Below, piece by piece: positions 25,001 through 32,000 of a stretch of DNA of 32,000 nt. The DNA lies in contig NZ_CP007536.1 of assembly GCF_000698785.1 (NCBI RefSeq), positions 60,001 through 92,000 of the forward strand, read 5' to 3'. A program made the position numbers and the translations under genes. The notes beneath the pieces are model-generated. The model saw only the letters and a list, made by a program, of their open reading frames with translations. It was not told the origin of the DNA and made no database searches. Source of the DNA: Nitrososphaera viennensis EN76. Its GTDB lineage: Archaea; Thermoproteota; Nitrososphaeria; Nitrososphaerales; Nitrososphaeraceae. Within the stretch, counting starts at the first letter, position 1; every line of letters starts with the position of its first letter.

Positions 25001-26082
25001 ACGGTGGCGATGGCAACGACAAGCTGTACGCCCTTAATGGCGATGACTATGTCTATGGCGGAAACGGCAACGACTACATACAGGGCGACGACGGCAACGA
25101 CAAGCTGTATGGCGAAGCCGGCGACGACACCATCGAAGACTCGCGCGGAAACGACCTCTCTGACGGAGGGCCAGGCACGGACAAGTGCACAGACACCAAG
25201 GGTACCAACACGATAATCAACTGCGAGCTGGGACAGCCGCCGGTCGCAACCCTGAACCAGTGGAGCCCGTACAGCGCATCTGGCGCCGACGGCACGCCAA
25301 CCACCGCGTTCTCGTTCTCTGCTAGCGCCACATCCGTCACAGGAATTGCCAAGTTCGAGTGGGACTTTAAGGGCGATGGGACTGTGGACGCTACGACGCC
25401 AGTGACAGGCTCGCCAGCGTCTGCCACTGCTACTGCCACTTTCACCTATAACGCGGCAGGAACATGGACTCCGCAGGTGAGGGCAGTCGATACCTACAAC
25501 CAGGTCTCCGCCTGGGACGCGTTCAACTCGGGGAGCACGATAATCAAGCTTGATACTGCCAATCCTCAGCCTTCCGGCGACCTCTACTGCAACGGCAAGA
25601 CTATTGACCAGTTGATAGCAAGCGGCCAGTACAACGTGATTGACAACAGGAACGGCCAGAGAAAGACGCTCAACGGCTCCAACGGCAACGACTTGATACT
25701 TGCAAGCAAGTATGGCGACGTGATAAACGCCAAGAAGGGCAACGACTGCGTCATCGGCGGCGCAGGCGACGACATCATCCACGGCCACCAAGGCGACGAC
25801 CAGATCTACGGCAATGGCGGCAACGACAGGATCTTTGGCGACAGCGGCGATGACAAGCTCTATGGCGGCGCAGGAAACGACGTCATCTATGGCGACAACG
25901 GCAACGACGTCATAAACGGCGGCGCAGGAAACGACGACATTAGCGGCGGAAACGGCAATAATACGATCGATGGCAGCGACGGAAACGACGGGTGCGACGA
26001 TGACCGCGGCCGCAGCAACATGCGCAACATAGAAAGGAACTACCGCAACGACCATCGCGACGACGACCACGGCAATGACTAG
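22039..26082 (+). CDS. giant secreted PKD-repeat / RTX (GGxGxD) calcium-binding-repeat protein
   Basis: 1347-aa ORF. Signal peptide ending AAFA. Eight EWDF.GDG.VD-type PKD-like modules. One ANAGPDQTV...LDGTGSSDPD..LTYTWSQ PKD-like module. Two Cys-bracketed blocks of GGDGNDKLYG-type nonapeptide repeats. Confidence 0.9.
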   Translation: MTMATADGTRRSYATKTVSVMVLAILATSAFTTIIPGAAFAVTDPSASMNLWSPHSDTGNDGTPTSTFTFSADATASAGLQRIEWDFDGDGAADTTTPISGAPNHVNGVTATHIYGDENVFWPQVRSVDMNNAVSDWNRYSVGGSDVPLDVFWPPPMITMLAWQPFTADIGTPITFSATAFNEVGVQQFHWDFDGDGEADDATPAVPFGAQDASGSITHTYTGAISAFPAVRALDNDGFVSEWDVYDINGQPVQIVIGSSSVPTATMNQWNPYSASGFDGLPNTSFTFSASGTGDAGIARVEWDFNGDGVVDETTPISGSPTSVNGITATHVYNNAGQWTPQVRVVDVNNLPSPWAAFMVSGSPVSLDTSAPMMNPVLTFLPRAPSDIGSDGNTATVFTFTTTFSNVPVSFKWDFNGDGVTDATTTQPTATHTYPAAGSYLPTVTVVDEWGTTELAYPLNSSGQWEDVDVSPMAPTATMNQWSPYSASSADGDKNTVFTLSADATAPGGIASLEWDFNSDGTVDITTPVSGAPQSVTAVTATYVYGADGNYTPKVRAVDTTGQTSAWDAYNIALVTPVLDVVTPAPVATMNQWSPFTSTGPDGYTTTTFTLSANATSVVGIDRLEWDFDGNGSVDATTDFNGETSVSSATKTHVYGAVGSYTPKVRTVDTDGQSSAWDAYNSGSTVPTLDVATSPANSAPVANAGPDQTVVLGSTVTLDGTGSSDPDSGDTLTYTWSQNSGPISVALNTANPAKPTFTATPAGTYVFELKVKDSIGAQSTPDTIVVTVVSAPVATLGQWSPYSASGPDGTSATVFTFSANASASAGIARLEWDFDGNGSVDATSAITGAPTTVTGATKTFTYGADGTYTPKVRAVDAGNNLSAWDAFNLGSTIIQLDVATPQQTGDLYCNGKTIEQLIASHQYNVIDKRNTGAVNIYGTSGNDLILGNNLSNYIDGKGGDDCIIAFGGDDTVYDYNGDSSNGGTDWLYGGDGNDKLYALNGDDYVYGGNGNDYIQGDDGNDKLYGEAGDDTIEDSRGNDLSDGGPGTDKCTDTKGTNTIINCELGQPPVATLNQWSPYSASGADGTPTTAFSFSASATSVTGIAKFEWDFKGDGTVDATTPVTGSPASATATATFTYNAAGTWTPQVRAVDTYNQVSAWDAFNSGSTIIKLDTANPQPSGDLYCNGKTIDQLIASGQYNVIDNRNGQRKTLNGSNGNDLILASKYGDVINAKKGNDCVIGGAGDDIIHGHQGDDQIYGNGGNDRIFGDSGDDKLYGGAGNDVIYGDNGNDVINGGAGNDDISGGNGNNTIDGSDGNDGCDDDRGRSNMRNIERNYRNDHRDDDHGND
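22171..24116 (+). repeat. six tandem PKD-like coding modules, about 100-112 aa each
   Basis: Modules start near 22171, 22505, 22830, 23160, 23464 and 23800. Most open with ATMNQWSPY-like strands and contain (E/K/H)WDF.GDG. Confidence 0.8.
24406..26082 (+). repeat. tandem duplication of a [PKD + Cys-bracketed RTX] supermodule, about 830-nt period
   Basis: PVATLGQWSPYSASG... at 24414 and PVATLNQWSPYSASG... at 25244. GDLYCNGKTI(E/D)QLIAS.QYNVID at 24751 and 25576. The same supermodule ends the next gene (from about 27380). Confidence 0.85.
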
Positions 26083-26116
26083 GATGCCAAAGCAGCGCAA
26101 CACACAGACAGAACGT

Positions 26117-26147
26117 GGGCTTACGCCCCTTCCTTCTTCCTCTTTTA
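26117..26147 (+). terminator. weak hairpin plus pyrimidine/T tract
   Basis: gggc-ttac-gccc stem, then ccttccttcttcctctttt, 35 nt after the stop codon. Confidence 0.35.
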
Positions 26148-26302
26148 TGTGCGTGTGATTTCTATTGTTGTTGAACTACTACTATCTCTCTGCCCTTGGC
26201 GTGCTTGAAAGATGCCTATTCCCTGCTCGGCATAAAGTATCTTTTTATGTAATATGCGACTATAATCTTCGATTGGGACGGCGGGATTCTGTTCACAATG
26301 CA

Positions 26303-28171
26303 ATGTCACTGGCGCTTTGCATAACGACCGCCCTTACGCTCCTCTTTTCTATCCTTGCTATCCTGCCGTCGCAGGTGGTGACGGCGGCTTCCGGCCCTAC
26401 TGTGTCGATGAAAATATGGTCTCCCGGCCCGGGCGTGATAAGCGTGGGCACTCCAGTCACTTTCCGGGCGACCGGCGCAGACGACATTGCCGTGCAGGGA
26501 TTCCAGTGGGACTTTGACGGCGACGGGGAGGCCGACGCCTACTCGCCTGCCGACTCGCCGGGCAGGTCTGCGTCAGGGTCCATAGCGCGCACGTTTTCTG
26601 TGCCCATGACTAGCTATCCCGCAGTGAGGACAGTCGACAATGAAGGGTTTGTTTCAGAATGGGACGTTTACGACGTAAACGGCTCGCCGGTCCAGCTCGT
26701 GATAGGGAGCTCTGCGCCTCCCAAGGTGACGATGAACCGGTGGAGCCCGTACTCTACAGCAGGACCCGACGGCTCGCCGGCTACTCAATTTACGCTCTCT
26801 GCAAGCGCGTCGTCGGATGAGGGGCTGGCAAAACTGGAATGGGACTTTGACGGCGACGGCAAGGCCGATGCAACATCGGAGGTCTCTGGCAAGGCAATTG
26901 CCTCGGCCACGATTGCCCATGTGTACGGCTCTCCCGGCTCGTGGGTTCCAAGGGTAAGGGCAGTCGACGTAAACGGCCTGCCGTCGCTATGGGCTGCGTA
27001 CACTGCCGGGGCAAAACAGGCGACAACAGCAATAACACTGGACGTGGCGATTTCCGAGCTTGCGGCCACCCTGAAATTCTCTCAGGTGGGCGCGCCGGCA
27101 AGCACTGGCGCGAACGGCGCGCCTTCCGCAACGTACGCGTTTAGCGCAACTTCAAGCGCAAACGCAACAAGCTATGAATGGGACTTTGACGGCGACGGCA
27201 AGATCGACGCGACCACCAGCACTCCGGCGACCCAGCATACCTACAGAAAATATGGGCTGTTCCTGCCCACGGTAACTGTCAAGGACGCGTTTGGCACGCG
27301 CGCACTTGCGCTGCCCCTCGATGCAAATGGCAAGCCGGCGTACATTGGCGTGCTCGGCGAGGCGCCAGTTGCACGCATGGGCCAGTGGTCTCCATTCTCT
27401 GCAAAAGACCCCGACGGCCAGGCTAACACTGTATTTGTGTTCTCTGCACGCGCGTCAGCGCAGGGCGGCGTGCAAAAGTTCGAGTGGGACTTTGACGGAG
27501 ACGGCACGGTTGACGCGACCACCACTATCGAGGGCGCGCCAACATCTGCAACTGCGTCTGCAACCCATACTTTTGGCAAGGAAGGAAGCTATACTCCAAA
27601 GGTGAGGGCAGTGGACGCGACAAACCAGGTATCGTCTTGGGCTTCTTACGGTGGCGCTGTCCAGCTTGACATAACATCCGGCCAACCCGCGCAGCCAGCA
27701 ACAGAGAAACCCTCGGCAGAAAAATATTGCGATGGCATGACGATCGAGCAATTGATGGCAAGCGGCAAGTACCACGTTGTCGACAAGAGAAACTCGGTCC
27801 AAAAGACAATATTTGGGACGACCGGCGCGGACCTGATAATCGGCTCTGGCGTACAAAACGCGATATACGGCCGGGGTGGCAATGACTGCATAATTACGGG
27901 CGGCGGAAACGACTATGTCTTTGGTAACGAAGGCAACGACATAATTTTCGGCAGCGATGAAAGCGACACTATAGACGGCGGGCCTGGCGATGACCTGATT
28001 TATGGCATGGCCGGCGACGACAGCATCAAAGCAGGTGCAGGCAATGACAAGGTAAACGGCGGTCTTGGCAACGACACGATCGACGGCGGCGCGGGCAGCG
28101 ACTGGTGCTATGGCGGAGGAGGCGGCAACGACAAAGCTGTCAACTGCGAAACTTCCACGCCGTTTGACTGA
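26303..28171 (+). CDS. secreted PKD-repeat / RTX-repeat protein, paralogue of 22039..26082
   Basis: Track ORF 26165..28171. The likely start is ATG 26303 (MSLALCITTALTLLFSILAILPSQVVTAAS signal). Five PKD-like modules, then KYCDGMTIEQLMASGKYHVVDKRN and GGxGxD repeats ending in NCE. Confidence 0.88.
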   Translation: MSLALCITTALTLLFSILAILPSQVVTAASGPTVSMKIWSPGPGVISVGTPVTFRATGADDIAVQGFQWDFDGDGEADAYSPADSPGRSASGSIARTFSVPMTSYPAVRTVDNEGFVSEWDVYDVNGSPVQLVIGSSAPPKVTMNRWSPYSTAGPDGSPATQFTLSASASSDEGLAKLEWDFDGDGKADATSEVSGKAIASATIAHVYGSPGSWVPRVRAVDVNGLPSLWAAYTAGAKQATTAITLDVAISELAATLKFSQVGAPASTGANGAPSATYAFSATSSANATSYEWDFDGDGKIDATTSTPATQHTYRKYGLFLPTVTVKDAFGTRALALPLDANGKPAYIGVLGEAPVARMGQWSPFSAKDPDGQANTVFVFSARASAQGGVQKFEWDFDGDGTVDATTTIEGAPTSATASATHTFGKEGSYTPKVRAVDATNQVSSWASYGGAVQLDITSGQPAQPATEKPSAEKYCDGMTIEQLMASGKYHVVDKRNSVQKTIFGTTGADLIIGSGVQNAIYGRGGNDCIITGGGNDYVFGNEGNDIIFGSDESDTIDGGPGDDLIYGMAGDDSIKAGAGNDKVNGGLGNDTIDGGAGSDWCYGGGGGNDKAVNCETSTPFD

Positions 28172-28195
28172 CAAGCTTTCTTGTCTAATCTTTTT
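28170..28195 (+). terminator. hairpin + T5 terminator
   Basis: gacaag-cttt-cttgtc perfect 6-bp stem (28170-28185), followed by taatcttttt. Confidence 0.55.
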
Positions 28196-28272
28196 CTATA
28201 AGCAGATACGTTAAGAGCACGTTTATGCCCTTTTTCGGGAAAAACAAGCGTGCTACGCAAGGATTTCAGACT

Positions 28273-28299
28273 AGATTTAAACATAAATTTAAATAATAA
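28273..28299 (+). promoter_or_regulatory. two-box promoter of the open-ended giant ORF
   Basis: AGATTTAAACATAAATTTAAATAATAA, differing at 1 of 27 positions from the 21994 box. AAATAATA ends 20 nt before GTG 28319. Confidence 0.65.
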
Positions 28300-28318
28300 G
28301 GCACTATAACCCTATAGC

Positions 28319-31300
28319 GTGTCGGAGAGAGCCCTTGGAGGCTACTATCATAGTATGCCTTTCCCTAGGTCTCTCTCCGGCGGCATGAAGGACAGGTCGC
28401 TACTCCTTTTCTGTGGCCTGGCAGCCGCTGCGGCGCTGTTTCTGACCGTGTCAAACACGGGTCAGGCTTTTGCAGAGCTCTCTCCAACACACCTGCAAGA
28501 CGCCGCCGCAAGTGCTACTGCTGTCGACCACGCGCCACGCGCTTTCTCTAGGAGCATCGGCGACTCGGTCTCGGTGGCAAGCAACTTTGACAACCTGGGG
28601 GCGAGAATCCCGCGCGTATTCAACGTAGGGATCTCTGACGGCCTCAACATCGCGACCTCGCCAACGCCGCCTCCGCCCAGCAGCGCCGCTACTAATACTA
28701 CAACAACTGCAAGGCCGTCGACAGGCTTGCAGCAAGGGATGGGAAGGGCAGAAGAAAAGCTGGGCCCCCGCAACCCGATTGAAAGTAAGGGCGACCCGAC
28801 GAGCAAGGACCCGAAGGACAGTTCGGTGCAGGAGCAGCCGCAGGGCTCTATCTCGCAGGAACTGGAATCAGTGCTTTCAACTCTGATGCAGGACCTGCTG
28901 GGATCTGACGATTCCGAGCCGGACGATAGTAGTAGTTCCAACAATACTGCTGCGGTACAGGTCCCTCCGACCATCTACATTGACTCGCTCTATGGAGCAT
29001 ACGCCATGGCCATCATCGTAATCTCGGTTGGCAAGTCACCACGCGTTGCAAGAGTTAGGAGGCAGATCGTGGCACTTTACGCACTCGAGTCGCCAGAGGA
29101 CAAACAGCGCGACGCGGAAATGCCAATGTATGCAAGGGTTGCAATCATTGTCATCGTGATTGTGGCGGCAGTCGCGATGGCGTCTGCAGTAGAACCTGTG
29201 ATGGGCGAGGCATTTGCCGATACGAACAAGGCTGCAATCGTATACATCGAAGGTTCAACACCAAAGTATAGAGAATGGATACCTTCAGCTGGAGGTGGTG
29301 GTTCCTGGAGCAGTCCGGTGTCACTAACTGCAGCAGACACTACACTCAACACGGCAAAGATAGAGTTCAGCCCTGTATCGTCAAAGAGAGTGATCGTAAC
29401 AATGGATAACAATGGCAACCTCGATTCGTACGTCTGTTCCATTGGATGTACGGATGCAAGCAGCTGGACCTTCACCAACAACTTTGTGGATGTAACAGCT
29501 TCAACGGTCACTGCTTCCTATAGGCCGTGGGACATCGAATACGAGCATACAAGTGGCGACCTTATGATAGTTTACGACTATCCAGAAAGTGGGTCAAGTG
29601 CTACAGACGATCTATTCTACAGGATCATGACTAACTCACAAACATCCTTTGGCTCTGAATCTTCTATCAACGATTCTGGCAACTCTGCAACCGCCGGACT
29701 CTATTCCTTTGTGGCCATGGATTCGCAAAAGACATCTGGATCTGATGAAATGGCGCTCATTGCAGTTGACGCCACTGCTTCAGACGCGTCTGCTATCGTC
29801 TGGAACGGAAACAATTGGACAACTCTGCCACAAACAGAACTCAGTACAAGCGTTAGCATCGCTACAGAAGAAGCAGTAGCAATAGCATACGAGACAAACT
29901 CGGGTGACATTTTGGTGGTAGCAGGTGAAGGCTCTAACATTAGGTACAATACATTTTCCAACACCTCGAATACTTGGGGGACAAGTTCTACGTCGGCTGG
30001 AACTTGGGCTGTTGGTACCATAAATTGGGTTAGGCTCGTCCCTGACCCACGTAGTACTTCAAACGCGATATTTCTAGCAGGCTCAGGATCTTCTAACGAC
30101 CTTGATTCTGCATACTGGAGCGGAAGCGCATGGACCGATCACGCTGAGCACGATGCGGGAATCTCTGGTAACGCAGCACGCGTCTTTGACTTTGCATGGG
30201 ATGGCAGCAGCTCTAACGGCGTACTTGCGTGGTCCACGGCTTCAAACAGCATATCATTTACAAGAGGAGATCCGTCGTCTGGAACATTCGGCACCGATGG
30301 CACATTCACCGTAGATGCAGACGCTTCTACTACTTCGTGGATTAGACTTGCCTCCAATCCAACTACTGCTGATACAGTTGCAGCCTTGGGTCTTGAAGAC
30401 GATGGCAATAGTGACATTGGTGGCATCCGGTGGGACGGAAGTACAAATGCTCCTGTTTCAACTGGAACCGATGACATTTCGACTACTTCGACCAATAACA
30501 GTTGGGAGCCATTCAGCATAGACTTTCAAAAGGTGGTAGCAATAGCAACAAAGAACATTTCAGATACCATTGCGACAAGCCCTAGCATCGTCGCGGCCAA
30601 GTTCAAGGTAGCATCCATACCCCAAACCATAACAATAACTCCAACAATAGTCAAGAAAGTCACGCGCTCGCTTCCAAACACAGTAACAGTAAGTGATTCT
30701 ATTGCAAGGTCGGTCACCGTAACGCCTGACACCACCCCGGCGGCCATGGCTTACAGGTCTGACGACGGAACCAACGGAAGCAGCTCGCCCAAGTACAGAG
30801 AGTGGAACCCGACGACAAAGACGTGGGGCTCGCAGGTAGAGCTTGAAAGCGCGGGCAGCCCCATACGCAACGCCTGGATAGAGTTCAGCCCTGTGTCGAC
30901 CAAGCGCGTGATAATCGTGCTGAGCGAAGACGGCACGCTAGACTCGTACGCCTGCGACTTTGGCTGCACCATTCCGAGCAGCTGGACAGTCACGCACGAC
31001 ATCGTGGACCTGTGGAACGTCGTCACGCCTGCCGCGCAAAAGCGCCCGTTTGACATCGAGTTTGAAAAGACAAGCGGCGACCTGATGCTAGTTTATGACA
31101 AGGAGGACGGAGGCGACCCTGCCACCGACCTGTTCTACAGGATAATGCCCGACTCTAGCCACACGTTTGGAAGCGAGAGCGTCATTGACGACACTGACAC
31201 TGCCGCTCCTGACAACGTGTACAGTTTCATCCGCCTCGACTCTAGGAGGACCCCCGGCTCTAACGACCTTGGCTTGGTGGCAGAATCAGAGACCAACCAC

Positions 31301-32000
31301 CGCGCAGTGGCCTGGTACTGGAACGGCTCCACTGACACGTTTGGCAACATGATCACACTCACGACATCTGTTTCCACCGACGTCGACTATGAGGGAGTCG
31401 GCATAGGCTTTGAAACAAGCACAGGCGACCTCGTCGCTGTGGCCGCGGAAGGCGCAAACGTGGTGTACGCGCAGTTCAGCGGCGGCTCGTGGAGTACGCC
31501 GGCAAACGTCGGGACGCTCAACGTGAGCACTGTAAGGTGGGTGCGGTTTGTGCCAAACCCCAACGCCGGCACTGACGGCATACAGCTTGTCGTGAGCGGC
31601 TACACCGGCAGCGCGCACCAGCTCAACAGCGCGTACTGGAACGCAACAGGATGGAAGATTCACGCCGGCGAGACCCGGCACGACGCCTCAATCGACGATT
31701 CTGCGACCAGAGTGTTTGACTTTGCATGGGACAACGCCGGCGACGCGACTAGGGGCATACTGGTGTGGGGAAACGGCAACAACAACATGGTGTTCAAGAG
31801 GTACACTGTGCCTGACACGTGGACAACGATAGACTTTGGCGCCGGCGCCATCAGCGACGACGGCACGCACCCGTGGGTCTCGCTCAACGAGCACGGCAAC
31901 CCGATATCTGCCGACGCGGTGTCAGTGCTCGGAGCCGCGATCGACAACGGCGCAGACATAGGTCAGCTCCGCTGGGATGGAAGTGCCAGCAGTGTGGCTT
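28319..32000 (+). CDS. giant secreted/membrane protein with tandem beta-propeller-like modules (5' partial; continues past the window end)
   Basis: Not in the supplied track. A stop (taa) at 28307-28309 opens the frame. I translated the frame (codon starts congruent to 2 mod 3) line by line to 32000 and met no stop, giving at least 1227 codons. Candidate starts are GTG 28319, ATG 28355 and ATG 28385 (MKDRSLLLFCGLAAAAALFLTVSNTGQAFA). All minus-strand track ORFs here look like shadows. Confidence 0.82.
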   Translation, partial: MSERALGGYYHSMPFPRSLSGGMKDRSLLLFCGLAAAAALFLTVSNTGQAFAELSPTHLQDAAASATAVDHAPRAFSRSIGDSVSVASNFDNLGARIPRVFNVGISDGLNIATSPTPPPPSSAATNTTTTARPSTGLQQGMGRAEEKLGPRNPIESKGDPTSKDPKDSSVQEQPQGSISQELESVLSTLMQDLLGSDDSEPDDSSSSNNTAAVQVPPTIYIDSLYGAYAMAIIVISVGKSPRVARVRRQIVALYALESPEDKQRDAEMPMYARVAIIVIVIVAAVAMASAVEPVMGEAFADTNKAAIVYIEGSTPKYREWIPSAGGGGSWSSPVSLTAADTTLNTAKIEFSPVSSKRVIVTMDNNGNLDSYVCSIGCTDASSWTFTNNFVDVTASTVTASYRPWDIEYEHTSGDLMIVYDYPESGSSATDDLFYRIMTNSQTSFGSESSINDSGNSATAGLYSFVAMDSQKTSGSDEMALIAVDATASDASAIVWNGNNWTTLPQTELSTSVSIATEEAVAIAYETNSGDILVVAGEGSNIRYNTFSNTSNTWGTSSTSAGTWAVGTINWVRLVPDPRSTSNAIFLAGSGSSNDLDSAYWSGSAWTDHAEHDAGISGNAARVFDFAWDGSSSNGVLAWSTASNSISFTRGDPSSGTFGTDGTFTVDADASTTSWIRLASNPTTADTVAALGLEDDGNSDIGGIRWDGSTNAPVSTGTDDISTTSTNNSWEPFSIDFQKVVAIATKNISDTIATSPSIVAAKFKVASIPQTITITPTIVKKVTRSLPNTVTVSDSIARSVTVTPDTTPAAMAYRSDDGTNGSSSPKYREWNPTTKTWGSQVELESAGSPIRNAWIEFSPVSTKRVIIVLSEDGTLDSYACDFGCTIPSSWTVTHDIVDLWNVVTPAAQKRPFDIEFEKTSGDLMLVYDKEDGGDPATDLFYRIMPDSSHTFGSESVIDDTDTAAPDNVYSFIRLDSRRTPGSNDLGLVAESETNHRAVAWYWNGSTDTFGNMITLTTSVSTDVDYEGVGIGFETSTGDLVAVAAEGANVVYAQFSGGSWSTPANVGTLNVSTVRWVRFVPNPNAGTDGIQLVVSGYTGSAHQLNSAYWNATGWKIHAGETRHDASIDDSATRVFDFAWDNAGDATRGILVWGNGNNNMVFKRYTVPDTWTTIDFGAGAISDDGTHPWVSLNEHGNPISADAVSVLGAAIDNGADIGQLRWDGSASSVA
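29231..32000 (+). repeat. tandem 503-aa-period coding modules (propeller-like unit + TV/I-rich linker)
   Basis: Unit 1 spans 29231-30532 and unit 2 starts at 30740. Collinear matches include PKYREW, IEFSPVS.KRVI, LDSY.C..GC...SSWT, RP.DIE.E.TSGDLM.VYD, DLFYRIM, FGSES.I.D, RVFDFAWD and (I/L)RWDGS. Confidence 0.8.

Noticed and set aside
25975-26082. Odd charged C-terminal tail (RGRSNMRNIERNYRNDHRDDDHGND) of the 1347-aa protein; possible terminal frameshift
   Set aside because: The expected N-C-E ending of the RTX supermodule is missing. A +1 shift after 26001 gives ...TAAAATCAT* with a Cys. However, the spacing and residues do not match the other two copies well enough to call a frameshift.
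24424-26103. 559-aa minus-strand ORF, the longest antisense ORF in the window
   Set aside because: It is the complement of the GGxGxD/PKD coding repeats. Its composition is V/A/R-rich with no motifs, and it has no promoter. The sense strand has strong domain structure. Shadow ORF.
22039-28171. The highly repetitive region considered as a possible CRISPR array or non-coding tandem repeat
   Set aside because: The repeat units are 300-830 nt, in-frame, divergent at the DNA level, and encode PKD/RTX protein modules. There is no short repeat-spacer periodicity.
28451-31959. About a dozen minus-strand and frame-0 plus-strand ORFs of 60-170 aa listed by the track
   Set aside because: All overlap the uninterrupted plus-strand frame (28319 onward), which has repeat structure, signal peptides and a promoter. 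They are treated as shadows.

Overview
The window looks archaeal, probably from a Nitrososphaera-like thaumarchaeon. I infer this from gene content: a Sulfolobus-type zinc ferredoxin, TrmB and V4R regulators, and TATA boxes 19-20 nt upstream of start codons, which implies leaderless transcripts. No database search or numeric GC calculation was possible. All homology calls rest on motifs I read in the translations.

Layout:
- 0-1.7 kb: core genes, hemB plus a hypothetical.
- 1.77-4.3 kb: a tRNA-Gly(GCC) whose 3' half is repeated exactly (39 bp) 2.4 kb downstream. The repeats bracket a visibly AT-richer five-gene cassette with no integrase.
- 4.3-9.4 kb: accessory-looking genes. These are a wHTH + P-loop NTPase operon, a candidate C/D-box sRNA, and a GNAT acetyltransferase gene broken by at least 5 indels.
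- 9.5-17.5 kb: housekeeping or metabolic genes. These are a processive GT2 glycan synthase, a Zn-ferredoxin with an odd N-terminal extension, a PoxB-like TPP enzyme, a frameshifted VIT1/CCC1 transporter, a large TrmB regulator and a matrixin-like metalloprotease.
- 17.5-32 kb: an island of secreted or membrane-anchored proteins. It holds a DUF11-like protein, two small paralogues, two PKD+RTX giants and one very large open-ended ORF. Five of its genes have the same two-box promoter (ATTTAAA, then a second ATTTAAA extended to ATTTAAATAATA, 12-nt period) at a fixed distance from the start codon. An HTH-V4R regulator sits inside the island.

The ORF at 28319..32000 (+) is absent from the supplied track because it has no stop before the window end. 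I translated it codon by codon and found no stop. This island is my best candidate for an undescribed system. The tRNA-integrated cassette is second.
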